Assembly (NCBI RefSeq): GCF_009914755.1
Contig: NC_060935.1
Reading direction: 5' to 3' (one strand)
Source: the human T2T-CHM13v2.0 reference genome, Homo sapiens
DNA: 64,000 bases
Of the stretch, positions 56,838 to 64,000 are shown in pieces. Both the position numbers and the translations under genes were made by a program. A model generated the notes under the pieces. That model made no database searches, had not been told where the DNA came from, and was given only the letters and a program-made list of their open reading frames with translations. How positions within the stretch are numbered: the first letter of the stretch is position 1; every line of letters starts with the position of its first letter.

Positions 56838-57035
56838 AGGTTGCCAGAGAAACACTAGACATCCAGTTAAATTTGAATTTGAAGTACAGGACACCGAGAT
56901 AAATATCAATGTTTAATATAAATATATCTTATGCAATATTTGATACAGATATATAATAAAAATATTCATTATTTATCTGAAATTCAAATTTAACTGAGTG
57001 TTGCATATTTTTGTTTGCAAAATCTGGCAACTCTA
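56838..57035. mobile_element. MER53 palindromic hAT element
   Basis: aggttgccaga...cagttaaatttgaattt / aaattcaaatttaactg...tctggcaactct. Confidence 0.85.
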
Positions 57036-57107
57036 CCTGTGTCCCTTCACTCATATTCCCCAAATGTCAGTATTTTACCATACTTGATTTATCATTATTT
57101 TCCCTTT

Positions 57108-57804
<697 letters not shown>

Positions 57805-57874
57805 TCAGAAAAATAAAAAATGAGTATAAGTAAATGTAATGTAAACATTAAGTAAACACAATGTCTCTTTACCT

Positions 57875-59175
57875 TGTATAAAAAAGACATTCTCTTACAT
57901 AACCATAGTATAATTTTCACAATCAGGAAATTCATATTGATACAATCATATTATTTAATCTATGGCCCCTTTTTAGGCTTCCTCACCAAAATACTTTTTC
58001 CCAGATTAGATTCAGGGTCACATATTTTGTTGAGATGCCAAGTTTCTTTTTGTCCCCTTCAGCCTGGCAGTGTCTCACATTTCCTTTGGCTTTCATGACC
58101 TTAGCAGTTTTAAAGATTATGGGCTGAATGGTATTCCATTGTGTATATGTACCACATTTTCTTTATCTAGTCTATCATTGATAGGCATTTAGGTGAATGT
58201 CATGTCTTTGCTATTGTGATTAGAGCTGCAGTGGATGTAAGTGGCATGTATCCTTATGGTAGAATGATTTACATTTGTTTGGGTATATACCCAATAATGA
58301 GATTGCTGGGTCAAATGGTAATTCTGTTTTACATTCAGATATGGCCACACTGCTTTCCACAGTCACGGAACTAATTTACATTCTTGCCAGCAGCATGTCA
58401 GTGTTCCTTTTTCTCCACAATCTCACCAGCATCTGTTATTTTTTGACTTTTTAATAGTAGCCATTCTGATTGGTGTTTGATGGTATCTCATTGTGGTTTT
58501 GATTTGCATTTCTCTACTGATCAGTGATGTTGAGCTTTTTTTCATGATTGTTGGCTACATATATGTGTTCTTTTGAAAAGTGTCTGTTTGTCCACTTTCT
58601 TATGGGGTTGTTTGTTTTTTCTTGTAAACTTGTATAAATTCCATATAGATGCTTCATATTAGACCCATATACACAATGGAATACTGTGCAATCATAAAAA
58701 AGAATGAGACCATGTCCTTTGCAGGGACATAGATGGAGCTGGAGGCCACCATCCTTAACAAACTAATACAGGAACAGATAACCTATACTGCATGTTTTCA
58801 CTTATAAGTAGGAGCCGAAGGATGGGAACACATGGACATATAGAGGGGAACAATGCACACTGGGGCCTTTAAGAGGGCAGAGGTTGGGAGGAGGGAGAGA
58901 ATCAGGAAATATAATTAATGGGTACTAGGCTCACTACCTGGGTGATGAAATAATCTGTACAAAAGCCTTCATGACACAAGTTTACCTATGTAACAAACCT
59001 GCACTTGCATCGCTGAACTTAAAAAAAAAAAAAAGATTATGGGCCAGTGATTTAGTAAACTCCTCCCCGATTTAGGTTTGCCTGATGTTTCCACATGGTT
59101 ATATTAAAATTACACATTTTTGGCAAGAATCCTACAAAAATGATGTTCTATCTTTCTCAGTGCATCATATCGGGA
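57875..59175 (-). mobile_element. L1MC 3' fragment (host of the L1PA insertion)
   Basis: gacattctcttacataaccatagta...; tttggcaagaatcctaca...ttctcagtgcatcatatc. Confidence 0.7.
58125..59031 (+). mobile_element. Older L1PA element, 5' truncated with a 5' inversion (58125-58665 inverted)
   Basis: Antisense L1 segment joined to a sense 3' end with poly(A); TSD aaagattatgggc at 58112-58124 and 59032-59044. Confidence 0.92.
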
Positions 59176-59503
59176 TACCTCACTTTTTAATAATAATGGG
59201 AATGATAATAGAAAACACAAGTTTATCACAGCACCAGAATGATCTCTATCATATTTAGAAACATAAACAAATACTCATCCCCTAGTAAAGCTCTCCAAGG
59301 ACAATGATATTGTCATGACCCAAACATTTATATAATCTAAACTCACTTGCCAAAGATCAAGCAGAGATTCCATTCCACCTGAGGCAAGTTGGGTAGATGA
59401 AGTGAACCTTGGTTTCTCTAGGGTGCTGGTCAGCCTATGGCATTTATTCCTGACATGTGAATTTAAACTTAGTTTGTAGAAACTTCTATTCAAGAGATTA
59501 ATT

Positions 59504-59670
59504 GGGCCAGGCATGGTGGGTCATACTTGTAATTGCAGCATTTGGGGAGGCAGAGGTGGGAAGATCACTGGAGCCCAGGAGTTTGAGGCTGCAAAGAGCC
59601 ATGATTGGGCCACTGCACTCCAGTCCGGGTGACAGAGAATAGATCTTATCTCAAAAAATAAATAAACAAA
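59504..59670 (+). mobile_element. Alu monomer (FRAM-like)
   Basis: Single arm ending ccactgcactccagtccgggtgacagag plus A-rich tail. Confidence 0.85.
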
Positions 59671-60541
59671 AATTTTTAAAAATTGAATACAGCATGAGCA
59701 AGTAAAATGATTAATTACAGTTTTACATGAGCTCTATAACAAAACACACACACACAAAATAGCCGTCTACCTATACACAGTGTTCACTATTTCCTTACTC
59801 ATTTAAAGACATTCACAATTGCCTGATCTTCTTTGAGTTGCCTTTCTTTCTTGTCCAGGACATTCCAGATTCTGTATTTCCTTTTTTCTGGAAGCCTGAG
59901 TTTTTGACACCAAATTAGAACAGAGTATGGGCTATACCTGCTGACATAGTCTCCACTATTGCTTGTAAGCAGGCATTTTTAGTCTGGTGCTAAAGTGTTA
60001 CTGCCACTATCTCCTGCTAAGGCATTGCCTCAGCTTATAAAGCCTCCCTCCCAGGAAAGTTTCCACTTTATTCTCACATTAGAGCTTCCTAAAGGATCAC
60101 CCTCAACAGATTCTGTTGATGCTTCTAATATTTATACCCCTGGTGACATCATGAAAGTGAATACCTTTGTCATGTTTTATTTTTTAGTACCTTGACCTTC
60201 TTCAACTTTTAAATGTCCTGGCCCTGAATAACTTATGCTGCATCAATGGTTGCTGGGACATGTCCAATATTTGTCCACAGTAGTGGGATATGGGTATGTT
60301 CTAGTGGTTTTTTTTTTCCCTCTGGTAGTCTTCTGTCATTTTCTATAACTTCAGTGAAGATTCTCACATTCTATCCTTCCTTCTTCTTTCTCTCCCACAT
60401 ACAGAGCTGGTAGTGATGGCTGGATTTGAGGGTCTTTCTTCCTTCTTGATTTTGTTTTGCTTTCTGGCCCTCATTTTAAAATTATTTGTATTTGTTAGTA
60501 ACTGATTTCTTTAGCTTTAACTTGTGTCCTGTTTTATCCTC

Positions 60542-60836
60542 TTTTTTTTTTTTGAGGGTAGGGGAGAGAGTTTCACTCTGTTGCCCGGGCTAGAGTGCAG
60601 TGGCACAATCTCAGCTCACTGCAACTTCTGCCTCCCAGGTTCAAGCAATTCTCATGCCTCAGCCTCCTGAGTAGCTGGGATTACAGGCATGCACAACTAC
60701 TCCCAGCTAATTTTTGTATTTTAGTAGAGATGGGGTTTCACCATGTTGGCCAGGCTGGTTTTGAACTCCTGGCCTCAATCCACCCACCTCAGACTCACAA
60801 AGTGCTGGGATTACAGTCGTGAGCCACCATGCCCTG
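60542..60836 (-). mobile_element. AluS
   Basis: TSD ttatcctct. Confidence 0.93.
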
Positions 60837-61232
60837 CTATCTTATCCTCTATTTTGAAGAGATGAGATATTGATAATTTGAGGTCTGCCAAAAGAATTTA
60901 CTGTTTTTAAAAAAATGACTCCAAATTCAAATTTCTGAGTAGGAAAAACTCAGATAGGAAATCATTCTCCTTGGATGAAAACAACGTCAAATAACCTAGA
61001 TTTAACATGGCCAGTTCCTGTCCAGTCTGGCTCTCATTTAGTATATCTCATTCTTCGGCATTTCTATAGAGTTCCAACTCCATAAATTTCTTAAACTTAT
61101 TTCTTCAGTATGCAAAAATATCTTCATTTTTTCTTCTGATAACTATATCAACTTGGTTGTCACCTATAGAACCTGAAATCACCTATAATGATCATCTTGT
61201 TATTTCACTCTCAAATCCCACCATTTTCTTCC

Positions 61233-61532
61233 TTTTTTTTTTTTTTTTTTCTGAGACAGAGTCTCGCTGTGTCACCCATGCTGGAGTGGTGGCACAGTCT
61301 CGGCTCACTGCAACCTCTGCCTCCCAGGTTCAAGTGATTCTCCTGACTCAGCCTCCTGAGTAGCTGGAATTACAGGTGCGTGCCATCACACCTGGCTAAT
61401 TTTTGTGTTTTTAATAGAGATGGGGTTTTGCCATTTTGGCCATGCTGGTTTTGAACTCCTGACCTCAGGTAATCCGCCTGCCTCGGCCTCCCAAAATGGT
61501 GGGATTACAGGCATGAGCCACCATGCCCGGCC
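61233..61532 (-). mobile_element. AluS
   Basis: Full-length antisense Alu. Confidence 0.95.
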
Positions 61533-64000
61533 CCTTTTTCTCAATTCCTTTTAACTATTCTTCAAAGAATGGTTACAATGGCTGCTATTGTAGCTTCTAT
61601 CTACAACTTTGAGAGGATCCCTCTGAATGTTTTATCTAGAACTTCTTGGGGAGCCATTTCTGTCTCTCATTGAGATATTGTCCCTCTTGAGCTGTTAGAT
61701 TTAGTTTGATCATATCCATCCTTTCTTATCTAATGACAACTATGGCCACACTTTTTCTAGTCTTCCTTTTAAAAGCAATTCAATCTAGGTGCATCTCTTT
61801 GCCCTTTCAAATGTGTCTAGTCTGGCCTCCAAGATCTAATATGCTGTGTATATCTCTATTTAGTCTACTTGTTAATATTTCTCCTAATGAAATAAGTCTT
61901 TATTTCAGCTTAATTACATCACATGTTTTTGTTTTTGTCTTATTATCCAATTGTTTTGATTTTGGTGCTTAGAGTGACATTTAGATGTCTTTCCTTGGTG
62001 ATCTAGTTTCTTCTTAATTTCCTGAGCAAAACCAAGTTTTCAAGAGACCTTTCCAATGACAGGCCTTTCCAACCTTTATTAGTTGATTAGACATTGGATT
62101 TGGAATAAAAATATAGCTGCTTTTTAGGTTCAAACCGAAAACTCCAGTAGCCTGTCTAGGACTCTGATATTTTAGCTCATATTCAAAGACCATTCAATTA
62201 AACTCTTTGGAGCCAATTTGAAACTATTTGGTGAGGACTTAATCCTTGATTTATGACAAACCTCAGGAATCAAAGAGCTTAGCCCCGCTCCAGTTCTTTT
62301 CATTGGCTCTAAGTGCTATACAAAATAGAAAGAAACAGCACTTGTGACATGGGATCTAGATTTGCCTACCATGCCTGGCAGGAACAACACACTGGTGCTT
62401 TGTGGAAGCCAGCTCCCTTTTTTAGTATCTTATTCCAGCCTGCAGACACAGCCACCACAACAAATATTGTTCAGTCTTTCTTCATACTAAGAGGCCAAAC
62501 CAGGAGATCTATACATTAAAATTCTGCCAGTCTGAAATTGTTTTGACAAATAGTGAAAGTCTTGCTCATCTCCTCATTCCAATCTTGAACTTCAGTTGCT
62601 AAGATAAAACCTGTTCCTGTGCAAGTCCATTAGTGTAACCTACAGCAGCTTGTTCTTCAATGCTTTGCTGCTTCTCACTAAGGACCGGGAAGCCTAGTTT
62701 CCCAATAAAACTATCTCTGCATCTGTAAAAACTGGACACAATTAGCAGCTGTTAGTTCTCACAGTGGGTGGTCTTGTACCATCTATGCCTAAGGCCTAAA
62801 ACTAAAACCACCAATGTAGGTCATATCTGTCATCTTGAAAAATCTGTGCTGTGTTGCTACCAAAATGCCAGTTTCTCGAGGCTGCAGACTAAGGTCCAAG
62901 TTGGTGAGTTTTCATTTCTTTCCTCCTGAATTGGGATTGATTGAGAGTTAGGACAGCTAGAACGATGCTAAAATGTGAAAAATGCCAGCTGTATGACTGT
63001 TAAAGCTGAATAGAGGTATGCTTAGATATGTAGACACAGTGAACTTTCTCATGCTTCACCCTAAAGTTTTGAGCCTAACCTACTTGTCCTTAGCACCAGA
63101 GGATAGCCTCCTGCTTTTCTAAAAGGCAGATCCCACGGAAGTGCGTTGACTTCCAAGATGAACACCTTCTCAGAAGAAAAGCAGATACAAAGGGAAGAGC
63201 CAGAGGAGGCTAAACGAAGCTTGCTTAGTTCTTGCTCCAAATTCACCGATCAGATAAGTTGCATCTTCTTTAGGGAAGAACTGGGGAGTAGGAGGAAGTA
63301 AAGAGGGGCCAGGAATATTCTCACAATGTTCTCTCCTATGGCATGTATCTCTCACATGTATAGAAACCAGTCTTTAGGAAATACAACTTTTTTCCTCCAA
63401 CAAACATCTCTTAATATTGTGACAGTAAAATGAAAAATATTAGCAGGGAATAATTTTTCCTCTTGTAACTCCCCTTCCCAATTTTGGGCCTGTTTTCAAG
63501 GTAAGTAAAGTAAAACCACCAGTTTCTGCACTTATTCTTCCCCTCCTGAAGATTAGTCAGACTCCTGGTTGCTGAGTGTTTAGGAACAAACTGGATTTAA
63601 AGCTAAGCTTCAAGAATTGGCTGGGATTCTTCCTTTCTCTACCTTTGTCTGACTGTTCTACATTCTCATTCTCCTCTCCTCCATGGAATGGGCTCTTAGT
63701 TTGAAGTGAGTTCCATTTTGTTGGAGTGTAATTGTAGGTACCGTTGGCTGCATCTAAATCACATTCTTCAACACTTGACTGGCCATGAAGGTGGTATTTT
63801 CATCTTCATCTGTGATTTCCATGCATCTGTCTCTCAATTGCTGCTGAAGGTGAGGAAAAGAGGGGTTATAGTTTATCGGAACCCTTAAGCCTCAACAATA
63901 ATAGAAAGAAAATATGTAGCATTGCTTGGCACAGGGCAGGCAATTAATACATCTGAGTTATCTCACATTTTAAGGTGAAACATCTACTATACAGATTCAC

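Overview
AT-rich, repeat-dense primate (almost certainly human) genomic DNA with no credible protein-coding exon. The supplied ORFs are Alu, LTR, L1 or simple-repeat read-throughs, or short chance frames. The one clear genic signal is a repeat-free, CpG-enriched promoter-like block at about 3.0-5.1 kb. It contains a non-coding minus-strand first exon ending at a perfect AAG|GTAAGT donor (3989|3988). From memory only, this resembles the 5'UTR first exon of the neuronal gene LRRC4C; that is unverified. The remaining ~59 kb is upstream intergenic sequence made of Alu (J/S/Y), L1, L2, MIR, MaLR and ERV LTRs and DNA-transposon fossils, often nested. The most notable observations are: (1) a 130-bp non-tandem templated copy of an LTR-Alu junction 3.3 kb from its donor; (2) an L1-retroposed, polyadenylated HERV-W/LTR17 U3-R fragment with a TSD; (3) a twin-primed, 5'-inverted L1 with a duplicated junction; (4) three uORFs in the first exon; (5) a same-orientation CTCF-like cluster upstream of the promoter; (6) candidate exons of a divergent plus-strand lncRNA. 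I found no evidence for a wholly new biological system. Repeat subfamily names come from recalled consensus sequences, not a database search, and boundaries without TSDs are approximate.
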